Source: an uncultured virus (IMG/VR IMGVR_UViG_3300035670_008414) (taxonomy: Duplodnaviria > Heunggongvirae > Uroviricota > Caudoviricetes). Taken from it: a stretch of DNA of 64,000 bases. This document shows positions 31,443-41,168 of the stretch, piece after piece. Below the pieces are notes generated by a model. The model was not told the origin of the DNA and did no database searches. It saw only the letters and a program-made list of their open reading frames with translations. A program made the position numbers and the translations under genes. Position 1 is the stretch's first letter. Each line of letters opens with the position of its first letter. Location of the stretch: the IMG/VR virus record IMGVR_UViG_3300035670_008414; one strand, given 5' to 3'.

Positions 31443-32090
31443 ATGAGCAACCTTTATGAAGGCTTGATGCCTAATGAACCAGTTTTGATGCCTAATCAGG
31501 CAAAAGCTTTAAATGGAGATTATTTCGCTTGTGAGGAGTTTTTAAAGCTAAAAGAAAAATACAATGTAAAAAATCTTATAGAGCTAGGGAGCTGTGTTTT
31601 CGGTTCTACAAATTGGTTTGCTGATAATTTTGAAAAAGTTATTACAGTTGAAATTAATCCTACTTTCAGAGAAATTGGACTAAAGAGAGTTGAAGGAAAA
31701 TCAAATATCAAATCGCTTTTAGGGGATAGTATTAATATGCTACCAGAAATGTTATCTATGGTAGATAATAGGACTATAATTTTCATTGATAGTCATTGGC
31801 AGACTTTACCACTCATAGATGAATTAAAGATAATTGCCAATAGTAAATTAACTCCTTGTATAGTTGTTCATGATTGCTTAGTTCCTAATGAGCCAAATCT
31901 AGGATATGATACTTATGAAGGATTAGATATTAGTTATGCCACAATGAAGCCTTATTTAGATAACATATATGGTATTGATGAGTATTCATATCATTATAAT
32001 AAAGATGCTACTTCCACAATAGTAAAAAGAGGTATTATTTATATTTATCCTAAATTAAATTCGGTAGAAAAAATATATAAATTCATGTAG
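31443..32090 (+). CDS. Class I SAM methyltransferase-like protein
   Basis: LIELGS, TVEIN, GDS, IFIDSH, VVHD. Confidence 0.75.
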   Translation: MSNLYEGLMPNEPVLMPNQAKALNGDYFACEEFLKLKEKYNVKNLIELGSCVFGSTNWFADNFEKVITVEINPTFREIGLKRVEGKSNIKSLLGDSINMLPEMLSMVDNRTIIFIDSHWQTLPLIDELKIIANSKLTPCIVVHDCLVPNEPNLGYDTYEGLDISYATMKPYLDNIYGIDEYSYHYNKDATSTIVKRGIIYIYPKLNSVEKIYKFM

Positions 32091-32093
32091 GGC

Positions 32094-32339
32094 ATGATTA
32101 CTAGAATTTTATCAATTTTAGAAGCTATTTATTTAATTCCATATTATTTAATTATTTTAATTCACATAATTATAAATTACTCAATGAGTATATTGAATAA
32201 TAAAAATGGAAGTTTAGCAGATTACGCTAAAACAATAGCTGAAACAGATGTAGCTATTGTTTTTTTGAGAAAAAATAGATGGATTGGTATAATTCACTCT
32301 TTTATTGTATGGTTACTTATTTATAAATCAATAAATTAA
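32094..32339 (+). CDS. Small membrane protein
   Basis: Two hydrophobic segments. Confidence 0.55.
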   Translation: MITRILSILEAIYLIPYYLIILIHIIINYSMSILNNKNGSLADYAKTIAETDVAIVFLRKNRWIGIIHSFIVWLLIYKSIN

Positions 32340-32343
32340 TATT

Positions 32344-32670
32344 ATGAAAAACAAAATGACACTAAAAATGGCAAGTGAAAATGTTGCTATTTTACAAAGG
32401 AATGGAGAGGATATGGTATGCCCTTTCGTTCCTCCATTACAAATAAGACAAAGAGTTCAAAATGCTTTAGGTCAGGTAGGGGAGCAGATTAGCATACAAA
32501 AATCATCCTGCAATACTAATTGTCCCTTATTTGATTTATCGAGAATAGGAGCAAATTATGTATCTGTAAAATGTTCTGGTGTAGAATTAGAATATAAAAT
32601 AGAAGATACAATAGCATTTGAAAATCCTAATAAAGATGAATCCGATAACATTATAAGCTTAGACCGATGA
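32344..32670 (+). CDS. Hypothetical protein with four Cys (CPF...CNTNCPLF...C)
   Basis: ORF in operon. Confidence 0.65.
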   Translation: MKNKMTLKMASENVAILQRNGEDMVCPFVPPLQIRQRVQNALGQVGEQISIQKSSCNTNCPLFDLSRIGANYVSVKCSGVELEYKIEDTIAFENPNKDESDNIISLDR

Positions 32671-32894
32671 ATGAATCAGTAATAAAAATAAGATTTAACC
32701 ATGATTGCAAAGACGCTAAAAACTATTGGAGAGCAATTATAAATGGAATGGAATATCATTGTTCAGAGATTATAATAAATACAAATTGTAAAACAACTAA
32801 AGACTGGTTAGAAGATAAAAATGAGTATAAGTGGCATATTACAGTTGTTACAAAAAACTATGTTTTACACAATGGAATCCTAACAATTAATTAA
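32667..32894 (+). CDS. Hypothetical protein
   Basis: ATGA overlap. Confidence 0.6.
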   Translation: MNESVIKIRFNHDCKDAKNYWRAIINGMEYHCSEIIINTNCKTTKDWLEDKNEYKWHITVVTKNYVLHNGILTIN

Positions 32895-32902
32895 TATATT
32901 TG
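32895..32902 (+). promoter_or_regulatory. Bacteroidota-type -7 element
   Basis: tatatttg followed by aaccaaagaa and ATG 32921. Confidence 0.5.
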
Positions 32903-32920
32903 TAAAAAAAACCAAAGAAA

Positions 32921-33433
32921 ATGAATCAACAAAAGAAAAATGCAGAAGATGCTAAAGCACTAAAACTTCGATTAAATGAAATAGTTGAAATCGAACAAAA
33001 AATAGATTACTATAAGTCTATTTTAATGGCTTATGATGAATTATCAGAATTAATAGGGAAGGAAATAGAAGAAAAATCTAAATCTGTAAATTTAAACACT
33101 AATGATAAGATTCAAATAGCTAGACTTAGAATAGAAAAAATATCTAATGATAGTAATATCTATGAAAAGAAAAAGTTTTTTGAACATTGGCTTAATAGAA
33201 AGAATGAATATGATAAAAAGTTTGCTTTTATTACAGATGAGTGTAACAAAAACTTTGATGAAATAAACAACAAAGCAAAAAAAATAGGAGAAAAAAATAT
33301 TAAGTTTAAAAGCTTTGTAGATAAATTTGAGAAAGAAGAAAATGTTACTCAGAAATTAAAAAATGAGTATTACCTTATGCTTAAATATGAAATAAGCAGG
33401 TTAGAAGGTAAAGGGGTATTTCTTGAAATTTAA
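32921..33433 (+). CDS. Helical/coiled-coil hypothetical protein
   Basis: 170-aa ORF. Confidence 0.7.
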   Translation: MNQQKKNAEDAKALKLRLNEIVEIEQKIDYYKSILMAYDELSELIGKEIEEKSKSVNLNTNDKIQIARLRIEKISNDSNIYEKKKFFEHWLNRKNEYDKKFAFITDECNKNFDEINNKAKKIGEKNIKFKSFVDKFEKEENVTQKLKNEYYLMLKYEISRLEGKGVFLEI

Positions 33434-33439
33434 AATATA

Positions 33440-33520
33440 GTGTGGTTGGGGGTTGCGATATTAGATTTGGTGTTTAGTAATCCGATAGAGTGATAAACTA
33501 TCTATAAAAACCAATCACAC
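33440..33520 (+). ncRNA. Putative structured RNA / complex terminator between convergent genes
   Basis: Outer stem gtgtggttgg/ccaatcacac enclosing two hairpins. Confidence 0.35.
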
Positions 33521-33531
33521 GACAATTTTTA

Positions 33532-34167
33532 TCAAACATCAGTAGAGTTTGGTATGTGGCAAACATAATATTCACAATTACTTATTTTTTTAAATTTAAG
33601 ATTTAACATTAGTAAATTGTTTATGAAGTTCCAATCATGACCATAACCATTGCAATCTCCCCAGCTTATTCTAAAATCTCTTTTGTGAGCTATTGAAGAA
33701 GTTCCTATACTACCATGCTGAATTATTACATCTTTTTTAGCTTTGCTAATTATTGTTTTGTTTATTGGATGAATAATATAAACTATATCATAATCAAAAA
33801 ATACCCAGTCATTATCAAAAAAACCTAATGCAATGTTGTATAAATGATTTATACCGAAATAATCATCTGTATCTAAATAGCAAATAATATCTCCATTAGC
33901 CTTTTGCAAACCATAATCCCTTACTTTACCAGAGAACAAAGGTTGTTTGTCTATTCCATAAAGCTTAATACAATCATGATTCATGTATTTACTAGCTTCA
34001 ATTATTGTAATAGGGCAACCATCACTTACAATGATTAATTCTTTATTATCATAGCTTTGAGTTAAAAATGAATATATTGCCCTATGAAATTTATCTACTC
34101 TATTAGTAGCTGCATTTGGGTAATCTCCTAAATAAGAAGGCATTATAACAGAAATTTTAGAACTCAT
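33532..34167 (-). CDS. GT2 glycosyltransferase
   Basis: ISVIMPSY, ELIIVSDG, ICYLDTDD. Confidence 0.9.
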   Translation of the reverse strand: MSSKISVIMPSYLGDYPNAATNRVDKFHRAIYSFLTQSYDNKELIIVSDGCPITIIEASKYMNHDCIKLYGIDKQPLFSGKVRDYGLQKANGDIICYLDTDDYFGINHLYNIALGFFDNDWVFFDYDIVYIIHPINKTIISKAKKDVIIQHGSIGTSSIAHKRDFRISWGDCNGYGHDWNFINNLLMLNLKFKKISNCEYYVCHIPNSTDV

Positions 34168-34774
34168 TTAAGCTATATTTGAAATTTTTAAAATCTTCTT
34201 TATAGATAGTATTTACCAATTTGAAAGTTTTATAATCATAGTATTCATTATAATTAAAAAACCTATCTGATTTCTTTGTAAGAGGTATATGTTTAGGCAA
34301 TCTAAGGTTTAGATTTAACATTATACTGAGTAAATTTGAAGTTCCTGAATCATTACATAAAAGCTCATACTTGAATAAGTTTTTTACCTTTAATTCATTG
34401 TTTATTGATAGGTAATCAGTTTGAGTTCGATAAAAAGGTTGAAAATCATTTTCTTCTCTTTTAAATCCTTCATCTGCCATCCAAACTATAAAATCAAAAA
34501 AACCAAGCTTATTAACCTTATAATAATCCTTATTTTCCGAATCTATACTTGAATAAATTGATACTAATAAATCATAGGGATTTCTTACATAAGAAAATGT
34601 AAAATAATTAAAAACTGATTTGAAATTCAAAATTGTTTTTTCAATACTTGAATGATAGGGAGCTATAATTTGTAAATCATCAACTTGACTTTTTAAACAA
34701 TTTACTATTGTAGTTCCACCAGTTCTAGGTATATGTAAGAAACAAAATCTATTAGAATGACTTATTAAGGACAT
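34157..34774 (-). CDS. Sulfotransferase family 2 protein
   Basis: FLHIPRTGGTT, YVRNPYDLLVSIY. Confidence 0.85.
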   Translation of the reverse strand: MSLISHSNRFCFLHIPRTGGTTIVNCLKSQVDDLQIIAPYHSSIEKTILNFKSVFNYFTFSYVRNPYDLLVSIYSSIDSENKDYYKVNKLGFFDFIVWMADEGFKREENDFQPFYRTQTDYLSINNELKVKNLFKYELLCNDSGTSNLLSIMLNLNLRLPKHIPLTKKSDRFFNYNEYYDYKTFKLVNTIYKEDFKNFKYSLNEF

Positions 34775-35163
34775 AAAAGCTTTTTCAATATTTCATGTGC
34801 CTTTTCATCTACTAATTGTTTCCAATCTTCTTCTCCGCTTCTAATTTGTTTTCTTATAGCAGTTGCCGAAATGTTTGCTATGTTTGATTCAACTTTTATT
34901 TCCTTTACTTCATATCCTACTCCTCGACCATAATTTACACTTGCAATATCTGGTATTATAATAACTTTTACTAGTTCATTATTTTCATATATTTTATCCC
35001 ATATTGCTTTTACTTCTTCTGCTATTAAAGGATTATTTTCATCTGTTTCAACATCTCTAATTGCTATGCAAATAGGCAATCCTTTATTCAGGTATTCATT
35101 AAAAATTGTCTGATGCCCTTTGTGTGGACTTTGGTATCTTCCGATAAATAAATTGTAAGTCAT
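34765..35163 (-). CDS. HIGH-superfamily (cytidylyltransferase-like) nucleotidyltransferase
   Basis: FIGRYQSPHKGH, ISATAIRK. Confidence 0.8.
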   Translation of the reverse strand: MTYNLFIGRYQSPHKGHQTIFNEYLNKGLPICIAIRDVETDENNPLIAEEVKAIWDKIYENNELVKVIIIPDIASVNYGRGVGYEVKEIKVESNIANISATAIRKQIRSGEEDWKQLVDEKAHEILKKLLCP

Positions 35164-35176
35164 AGTTTTTTTTTAT

Positions 35177-35482
35177 TTATAATTCAAGCATTTTATTGTA
35201 ATATTCATGTATTCTAGCTATGTTTTTTTCAAATTCTTCCATATAATTTTCAGCATATTGCACCCAAAAGAAAATACCCCTTTCATATAAGTTTCTTTGA
35301 ACTTCATCAAAACTCATTTCTTGGCATTCAAACCAATCTTCCTTAAGATATAATTGCTTTTTTGCCACTATTTTAAAGGCTTCCAATTCGTTTGTTGATT
35401 TAACAACCCAATTTTGCATTAGACAATTTTCATTTTTTAGCGTAACTAGGTCGGGAATGTATGTTACTAAATAGTTTTTCAT
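35177..35482 (-). CDS. Hypothetical protein
   Basis: ORF in operon. Confidence 0.6.
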   Translation of the reverse strand: MKNYLVTYIPDLVTLKNENCLMQNWVVKSTNELEAFKIVAKKQLYLKEDWFECQEMSFDEVQRNLYERGIFFWVQYAENYMEEFEKNIARIHEYYNKMLEL

Positions 35483-35488
35483 AAAAAA

Positions 35489-35740
35489 TTATTCTTTTTC
35501 ATAAGTTTTTTCAAAAATATCTGGCTTACAAGGATAAAACTCTCCATTAATTCCTTTTATTATGTAATCTCCTTTTTGTGCTGTCATTTTTCCTTCAAGC
35601 GTTTCAATAAACATACTTTCATCATTCCAAGTAAAACCATGTGTAGTTTGTTTTAAAAAATCATCAACCTCTTGAAGATTTTCTCCATTCCAAATTAGTG
35701 CATCAATCACTATTTGTTTTTTTCTGAATTTTTGTACCAT
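35489..35740 (-). CDS. Conserved small phage protein (KFRKK..VIDA / TLEG / GDYIIKG / YPCKPDIFEKTY)
   Basis: Widespread phage hypothetical family motifs. Confidence 0.8.
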   Translation of the reverse strand: MVQKFRKKQIVIDALIWNGENLQEVDDFLKQTTHGFTWNDESMFIETLEGKMTAQKGDYIIKGINGEFYPCKPDIFEKTYEKE

Positions 35741-35742
35741 AC

Positions 35743-36207
35743 TTATTTGTTTTTAGATATTAATAAATTGTCATATAATCCTGATTGTATTGATTGATAA
35801 ATAGTATTCGCAATTTTACCAGCAGGTTCATTAGTTGTATCTATTGAAATAAATTTATCAGTTGGTTCAGCATAATTTTGAACGAAAAAATGTTCTCTAC
35901 CTCTAATACTAGAAGTATGAATATAAAACTCAATTGTATCTACTTTTTCTTTTAAATCATCTCTTAAATCTTTGTATGGAGAAATAAGACTTATAATAGG
36001 ATTAAAACCTTTGTGATGTAAAAAAATAGCTATGTTATACGCATTTGTAATATTATTCCTTCTACCAGTTTCGGAATAATCCTTATTTGAGAAAATTTCT
36101 CTTAATTCATCCCCATCAATATTTATTGAATTAGGAATTAATTTTAATAGCTCTTTTGCTAGAGTAGTCTTACCAGCTCCAGCTTGACCAGTCAAGTTAA
36201 TTATCAT
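35743..36207 (-). CDS. cysC: Adenylyl-sulfate (APS) kinase
   Basis: LTGQAGAGKTT, IDGDELR, DYSETGRRNN, SLISPY. Confidence 0.85.
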   Translation of the reverse strand: MIINLTGQAGAGKTTLAKELLKLIPNSINIDGDELREIFSNKDYSETGRRNNITNAYNIAIFLHHKGFNPIISLISPYKDLRDDLKEKVDTIEFYIHTSSIRGREHFFVQNYAEPTDKFISIDTTNEPAGKIANTIYQSIQSGLYDNLLISKNK

Positions 36208-36406
36208 TTTTTTGTTTTTTAGTTATTTTACCCCAAATAAATTCGTATATGTAGTATGTAAATATTTTTATTACAAAATCAGCTATACTTATTGCTAAAC
36301 TAAAATTTGTTCTTCCTGTAACAATAAATGAAATAATAAATGTTATTACAGAAGAATAAATTCTATAAAAAAAGGACTTTAAAAATATTGTAAATTTTTC
36401 TTTCAT
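36197..36406 (-). CDS. DUF2061-like small membrane protein
   Basis: KSFFYRI...YYIYEFIW; commonly adjacent to cysC. Confidence 0.7.
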   Translation of the reverse strand: MKEKFTIFLKSFFYRIYSSVITFIISFIVTGRTNFSLAISIADFVIKIFTYYIYEFIWGKITKKQKNDN

Positions 36407-37110
36407 TATGAGTAAATCCACTCTGAGTTATTGTGTTCGCACAAAACACTAGTATCTATAAACTTTTTAATACCTAAAGCATCTATATCAAAAGCAAAAA
36501 AACTATCTGGGTGCATAGCAACTCCTTTTTCATGCCTAAATTCAAATAGTTTTAAAATCTTTTTATGAATCAAAATACAACCTAATCCACAATGAAATGT
36601 AGGTTTTAATGTACCATCAACCATTAATAAATCATTTCCATTTTCAACATTAATAGTTTCTCTTAAATTACCGAATGTTTCCATATTTTGAGCCATCAAA
36701 TGACTATCTTTTCCAAAGTTTATCATATACATAGCTGAAACAATAGGTAAATTATGTAACATTAAACTTTCAATAACATTTGTAGGAGGTATTAAATCAC
36801 TTTCTAAATGCAATAAATAATCATAATTATTTGCAACTGCATATTTTCTAATAGCTTCATGACTTTCAGCTAAAATATGTTGAATAGAATGATTCTTAGG
36901 CTTAATATGAATTGCTTTAAATCCTTCTTTAATAAATCTTTTATAGTTTTTCCTAGATTCACTATTATCAACTATAAGCACATCAATATTTTTATATGAA
37001 AGAGATTTTATAGCACTTATATAATCTTCAATACAATAGTTTTTCTTATCGGAGTGAGGAGTTCCTACTAAAACTCTATATCCTTTATTAATTATTGATG
37101 GTGTTATCAT
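36406..37110 (-). CDS. GT2/GT-A glycosyltransferase-like protein
   Basis: VLIVDNS, YDYLLHLESD, GLGCILI, HPDSFF. Confidence 0.75.
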   Translation of the reverse strand: MITPSIINKGYRVLVGTPHSDKKNYCIEDYISAIKSLSYKNIDVLIVDNSESRKNYKRFIKEGFKAIHIKPKNHSIQHILAESHEAIRKYAVANNYDYLLHLESDLIPPTNVIESLMLHNLPIVSAMYMINFGKDSHLMAQNMETFGNLRETINVENGNDLLMVDGTLKPTFHCGLGCILIHKKILKLFEFRHEKGVAMHPDSFFAFDIDALGIKKFIDTSVLCEHNNSEWIYS

Positions 37111-37322
37111 TATTTTCTAATTTTTGATTTCATTTTTGGTATTTCTATTCTGAGAATAAAATGATTATTTATAAATACAAACCAATTTTCTTCAAACCAG
37201 CTATCTACAATTCTTGAATTACTTTTACCAATATGATTAACAACTGCTTTTTTACTTCTATAAATAGCAGGTTCTCCTCCCCAGTTGAACAATACATATA
37301 GATATTTTTTTCTTATCTGCAA
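37110..37322 (-). CDS. Hypothetical protein
   Basis: First ORF of minus-strand operon; start uncertain. Confidence 0.5.
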   Translation of the reverse strand: MQIRKKYLYVLFNWGGEPAIYRSKKAVVNHIGKSNSRIVDSWFEENWFVFINNHFILRIEIPKMKSKIRK

Positions 37323-37373
37323 TTTGTAAGTTTTATAACATTTTGCTTTTGCAAATTGATTTTTAAATCAAGG

Positions 37374-37543
37374 CAAATTTAATAAAATAAATACACAAAA
37401 TCATTATTTGAAAATAAATTTATGCTATCATTTATTATTTATATTATACAAATAAAACATTCATATTCAGGATATTAAGTTTAAAATAATATTGTTTTGT
37501 CAAGTTAATTAATTGTCAGATAGATATACCTAATCTAATTTTG
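37374..37543. promoter_or_regulatory. Divergent promoter region with two -7 elements
   Basis: taaatttg on minus (37374-37381) and taattttg on plus (37536-37543). Confidence 0.5.
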
Positions 37544-37587
37544 AACTCATAACTCAATTAGTGTTTAACTATTAAAAATTAAAAAAC

Positions 37588-37683
37588 ATGAGCAAAGAAG
37601 TAATTATGACCGCAGTTCTTGCATCTGTTCTTACAGTTGTAATGATTATCGGAAAAGAAAAGCTTATCGACAAGAAACCCTAA
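37588..37683 (+). CDS. 31-aa single-TM peptide (not in ORF track)
   Basis: MSKEVIMTAVLASVLTVVMIIGKEKLIDKKP; A-rich leader, codon usage like adjacent capsid gene. Confidence 0.65.
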   Translation: MSKEVIMTAVLASVLTVVMIIGKEKLIDKKP

Positions 37684-37792
37684 TTCTAGTCTAAGTAAAA
37701 AAACTGCTTGATGATTTTTAAAGTTTTTACTTATTCATCAAACTTTTAAAGGGCAAAGTAAAAGCAAAAAAAAATACTTAAAAATTAAGTAA

Positions 37793-38596
37793 ATGAAAAA
37801 CGCAATGAACATCGACCGTTATATCGCTATGGCGGAAGAAAATTTTTCGGGAGCTAATGGCTACCAAGACCCGAATTTAGCGAGGTTAGACCTTTCTTTT
37901 GAAGGGGAATTTGGAGCAGATGGAGATTACTCCTATGATGATGCAGACAATATGTACTATGCAGAAGGAGATTACTCTTATGCACAAGGCAACATGGGTA
38001 GAGTAGCTGCAAAACAACCTACTCCTTACCAAGTAAATGTAACCAACACTACTGGTTCTACTGGAACTGTTGTATTGTTCGGTCTTAACACTTACTTATT
38101 GACAACCAATTTTGGTTCATCAGTTGGTGTAACTGTAACTCCAGCTCAGGTGAATGTATCTTATCTTGAACTCTTGAATCAGTCTGCAAACCAGCCTTTC
38201 GAGACTTCTTTGATTCGTATTCAGACATCAAATGCTTCTCAGCTTACACAAATCTTGACTGTAACAAGTAAAGATGCCAACGGACAATTGTGCCAGATTC
38301 CAGTGATTACGCAATCGTATTTCTCTGCAAATCAGTTCCAAAGTACAATCCTTGATGTGCCATACCCAGTTAAAATTGATGGCAACACTTACATCACATT
38401 TAACATTTTGGCGAACACTACTGCAACTTATACATTCTTCCCATCAGAGAAAATCAATACAAGTCGTGTACTTGGTGGTGGTTCAGAATTACAACAATAC
38501 TCAGCTCCTGCTGTGCCTGTTGCTGTGCCTATGTTTGCAGCAAGACCAATCGGAATCAAACCAAGACCAAAAATGATTCCAGGCAGAAGGAGATAA
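37793..38596 (+). CDS. Candidate major capsid protein (single jelly-roll-like beta domain, acidic N-terminal extension, basic C-tail)
   Basis: Markedly C-ending/high-expression codon bias, own promoter region and strong terminator, beta-rich ~150-aa core, heads the membrane-protein cluster. Confidence 0.6.
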   Translation: MKNAMNIDRYIAMAEENFSGANGYQDPNLARLDLSFEGEFGADGDYSYDDADNMYYAEGDYSYAQGNMGRVAAKQPTPYQVNVTNTTGSTGTVVLFGLNTYLLTTNFGSSVGVTVTPAQVNVSYLELLNQSANQPFETSLIRIQTSNASQLTQILTVTSKDANGQLCQIPVITQSYFSANQFQSTILDVPYPVKIDGNTYITFNILANTTATYTFFPSEKINTSRVLGGGSELQQYSAPAVPVAVPMFAARPIGIKPRPKMIPGRRR

Positions 38597-38622
38597 TTCT
38601 TTTTGAATTTAAACCTTATAAG

Positions 38623-38661
38623 AAAAGGGGGGTAAGGGTTTTCCCTCCCCCTTTTTTTTTT
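38623..38661 (+). terminator. Strong intrinsic terminator
   Basis: aaaagggggg-taaggg-tttt-ccct-ccccc followed by ~10 T. Confidence 0.85.
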
Positions 38662-38674
38662 AAAAATTAAAAAA

Positions 38675-39556
38675 ATGAGTAAATTAATTACAATACAAGG
38701 CAAAGCACAAGAATCTAGTAAAAAAATAGAAGGATATGCTTTACCAGAAAATATAGCAGATTTTAAAACTCCAGCTATTATTCTTTTTGCACCTAACTAT
38801 TCGCCTATTCTTTATAAAGAAGAAATTGGACAAAATAATGGAAAACCAATTTCTAGGATGGTTCAAGTAAATTTAAAAGATAGATTGCCTTCGGTTGATA
38901 TAGTTGATAAGAATTTACAAAGAAATTGGTTATTAACTAAAGAAGGGTATATTTTACAATGGATGAAATCTCCAAATTCTTATATGTTGATTTCTCCAAG
39001 CTCAATTAAATCAACTCCTAGTGCTACTCCTAGTCCTATTATATCTAATACAAAAAAAGATTCAGCTCCTGTTTCTAATAAATCAATAGATTCAACACAA
39101 ATTTTTGGTTCTTTTGAAAAGACAGCAAGAAATATTCAAATTGGATGGACATTAGCAGGTTGGGGTATTTTTGGTTTCCTTGCATATAAATTTTGGAATA
39201 AATCTAATATATGGAAAACTGTAATAGTTTTGTTAGGTATTTCAAATGCTTATAATACTTATAAGGCATTTTCAAATAAATCTATTTCAGAAACATCAGA
39301 TTCAAGTAGTAAAGAAAAACCTTCAAGGAAAGAACAAGAAGATTATTTAGTTAAAGAAAATTTGAAACAAGGAATGACCGAAGAATATACTAGGTCGGCT
39401 CTCAAAAATTTAACTAACGATGAAACATTTATTATTTATGCCATGACTTTATTTAATGGTTCTGCTAGTGCTATTAAACAAAAATTTGGAATTGATATAG
39501 ATTCTCCAGAACAAGTTGCAATAATTGATTCTGCTTCTAAAAAACTATTTTCTTAA
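38675..39556 (+). CDS. Membrane protein (2 TM)
   Basis: IGWTLAGWGIFGFLAYKFW; WKTVIVLLGISNAY. Confidence 0.75.
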   Translation: MSKLITIQGKAQESSKKIEGYALPENIADFKTPAIILFAPNYSPILYKEEIGQNNGKPISRMVQVNLKDRLPSVDIVDKNLQRNWLLTKEGYILQWMKSPNSYMLISPSSIKSTPSATPSPIISNTKKDSAPVSNKSIDSTQIFGSFEKTARNIQIGWTLAGWGIFGFLAYKFWNKSNIWKTVIVLLGISNAYNTYKAFSNKSISETSDSSSKEKPSRKEQEDYLVKENLKQGMTEEYTRSALKNLTNDETFIIYAMTLFNGSASAIKQKFGIDIDSPEQVAIIDSASKKLFS

Positions 39557-39569
39557 AATAAAAAATTAA

Positions 39570-40070
39570 ATGAAAATAAATAGTATTCGATATATATATG
39601 AAAACAAGCAACCAGAATTAAGAAGGTTGATTGTAAAATATGGATTGCCACCTGCAAAAAATATTAAAGACCTTTGGACTAAGACTAATTATTTAGTTGC
39701 TAAATTCAAAGATGAGTTTTTAAAAGATTTAGCCGAGATTCATCCTGATAGAGAATTAATTATTTGGAGTGAAAGCTTAAAAAATACAAATACAAATGCA
39801 ACCGAAACATCTAACATTGTTTCAAAAACTGAAAATGTAAAATCGGAAGTTTTTAGTGGTGCTTGTGGTTGTTCTGGTTTTGATGGAGAAGATTCATCAA
39901 ATTGCAATGGAAATTCAAATTGCGGCTGTAATTGTGGTTCAAAAAATCAGAATTTTTCTAATGCAAATGGGAATTTAACTGATAAAGTAAAAGATAATTT
40001 ACCATTAATTGTAATTGGTTCTTTATTAGTAGTAGGTGGACTATTGTATTTTGGAAAAACATCTAGTTAA
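39570..40070 (+). CDS. Tail-anchored membrane protein with Cys cluster
   Basis: FSGACGCSGFDG..CNGNSNCGCNCG; C-terminal TM. Confidence 0.75.
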   Translation: MKINSIRYIYENKQPELRRLIVKYGLPPAKNIKDLWTKTNYLVAKFKDEFLKDLAEIHPDRELIIWSESLKNTNTNATETSNIVSKTENVKSEVFSGACGCSGFDGEDSSNCNGNSNCGCNCGSKNQNFSNANGNLTDKVKDNLPLIVIGSLLVVGGLLYFGKTSS

Positions 40071-40885
40071 TGATTTGGATTCAACACGATTTTTACAAGA
40101 ACTTTATCGAAAGTTTTGATTCAGAGGATATTGAATTATCACTTGATATTTTTCGTAGTGAAATTAGTGAGCTATTGACATACAAATCTGAAAAGCTTTT
40201 TGATTTATTTAAAAAAGTAAATATTCCATTTAATAAAAAGCAATCTTATGAAGTATTGTTAGATACTATACTTCGAGAAATTAAAACAAATAAAAAATTT
40301 GTAAATGGACTTGCTTTTTTATTTGGGGAAAACAATGATATAGTAAAATTTCATAAAAAAGTTTCATGGCAGAAGCTTTTGAATGGTATAAAGTTCGGAA
40401 TAATTAAGATAGCTGATTATTTTGAAAAGAATCCTAAGAGTGAATTGCTATTTAAAAGAAAGGTTTTAGATATGGTCGGTCTAAAATCTTCAATAAAAGG
40501 AGATGATACAAGGGTAATCAAAGAAAAAGATAATACAATACTTTGGTTTATAGGATTGACTATTGTTGGTGTTGCTGGATATTTAATTTGGAGACACTTC
40601 GATAAAATAAAACAAGATAGGTTAAGAGCCGAAAGTTTAAATCCTATTACTCCAAAATTAGATATGGGAGGAAATATTAATACAGAAAATGTTAGTAATG
40701 TAGTTAGTAATAATTCAGCAAGTAATACAAATGTTGCTCCTACTAATGTACCAGCTCCTCCTATTAGTCCTGATTATGTTGTTCCAAGTGATGTATTAAT
40801 ACCAGAAGCACCAATGAATACAATGCCTAGTACAAATGGAAGTGTTCAAATAAATGTTTCTACAAATGCAAAACCTACACAATAA
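40070..40885 (+). CDS. Single-TM protein with Pro/Asn-rich tail after LDMGG
   Basis: ILWFIGLTIVGVAGYLIW. Confidence 0.75.
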   Translation: MIWIQHDFYKNFIESFDSEDIELSLDIFRSEISELLTYKSEKLFDLFKKVNIPFNKKQSYEVLLDTILREIKTNKKFVNGLAFLFGENNDIVKFHKKVSWQKLLNGIKFGIIKIADYFEKNPKSELLFKRKVLDMVGLKSSIKGDDTRVIKEKDNTILWFIGLTIVGVAGYLIWRHFDKIKQDRLRAESLNPITPKLDMGGNINTENVSNVVSNNSASNTNVAPTNVPAPPISPDYVVPSDVLIPEAPMNTMPSTNGSVQINVSTNAKPTQ

Positions 40886-40916
40886 GAAATGAACTTTTTT
40901 TTGTTGATATTTAATA

Positions 40917-41159
40917 ATGAAAAAGAAAAAAAATAAAAGAAAAAAGTTAAATTTTGTAGGAGATGAATTATTTACTGAAAATAGTGATGTAAATTATTTT
41001 AAAAGAGGTGCGTTTATAGGAGGTTTGATAGGAGGAGTAACAGGATTGATAATAAATAGAAGAATAATTTTAGGTATTTTGATAGGGGGATTAGCAGGGG
41101 GATATATAGGATATGAATTAACAAAAAAAAGTAATAGAAAACCATTTACAATAAATTAA
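40917..41159 (+). CDS. Gly-zipper two-TM small protein
   Basis: GAFIGGLIGGVTG; GILIGGLAGGYIG. Confidence 0.7.
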   Translation: MKKKKNKRKKLNFVGDELFTENSDVNYFKRGAFIGGLIGGVTGLIINRRIILGILIGGLAGGYIGYELTKKSNRKPFTIN

Positions 41160-41168
41160 AAAAATAAA

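Noticed and set aside
33440..33520. tRNA gene
   Set aside because: Only two inner arms, no TTCRA T-loop, no canonical D-loop or CCA.
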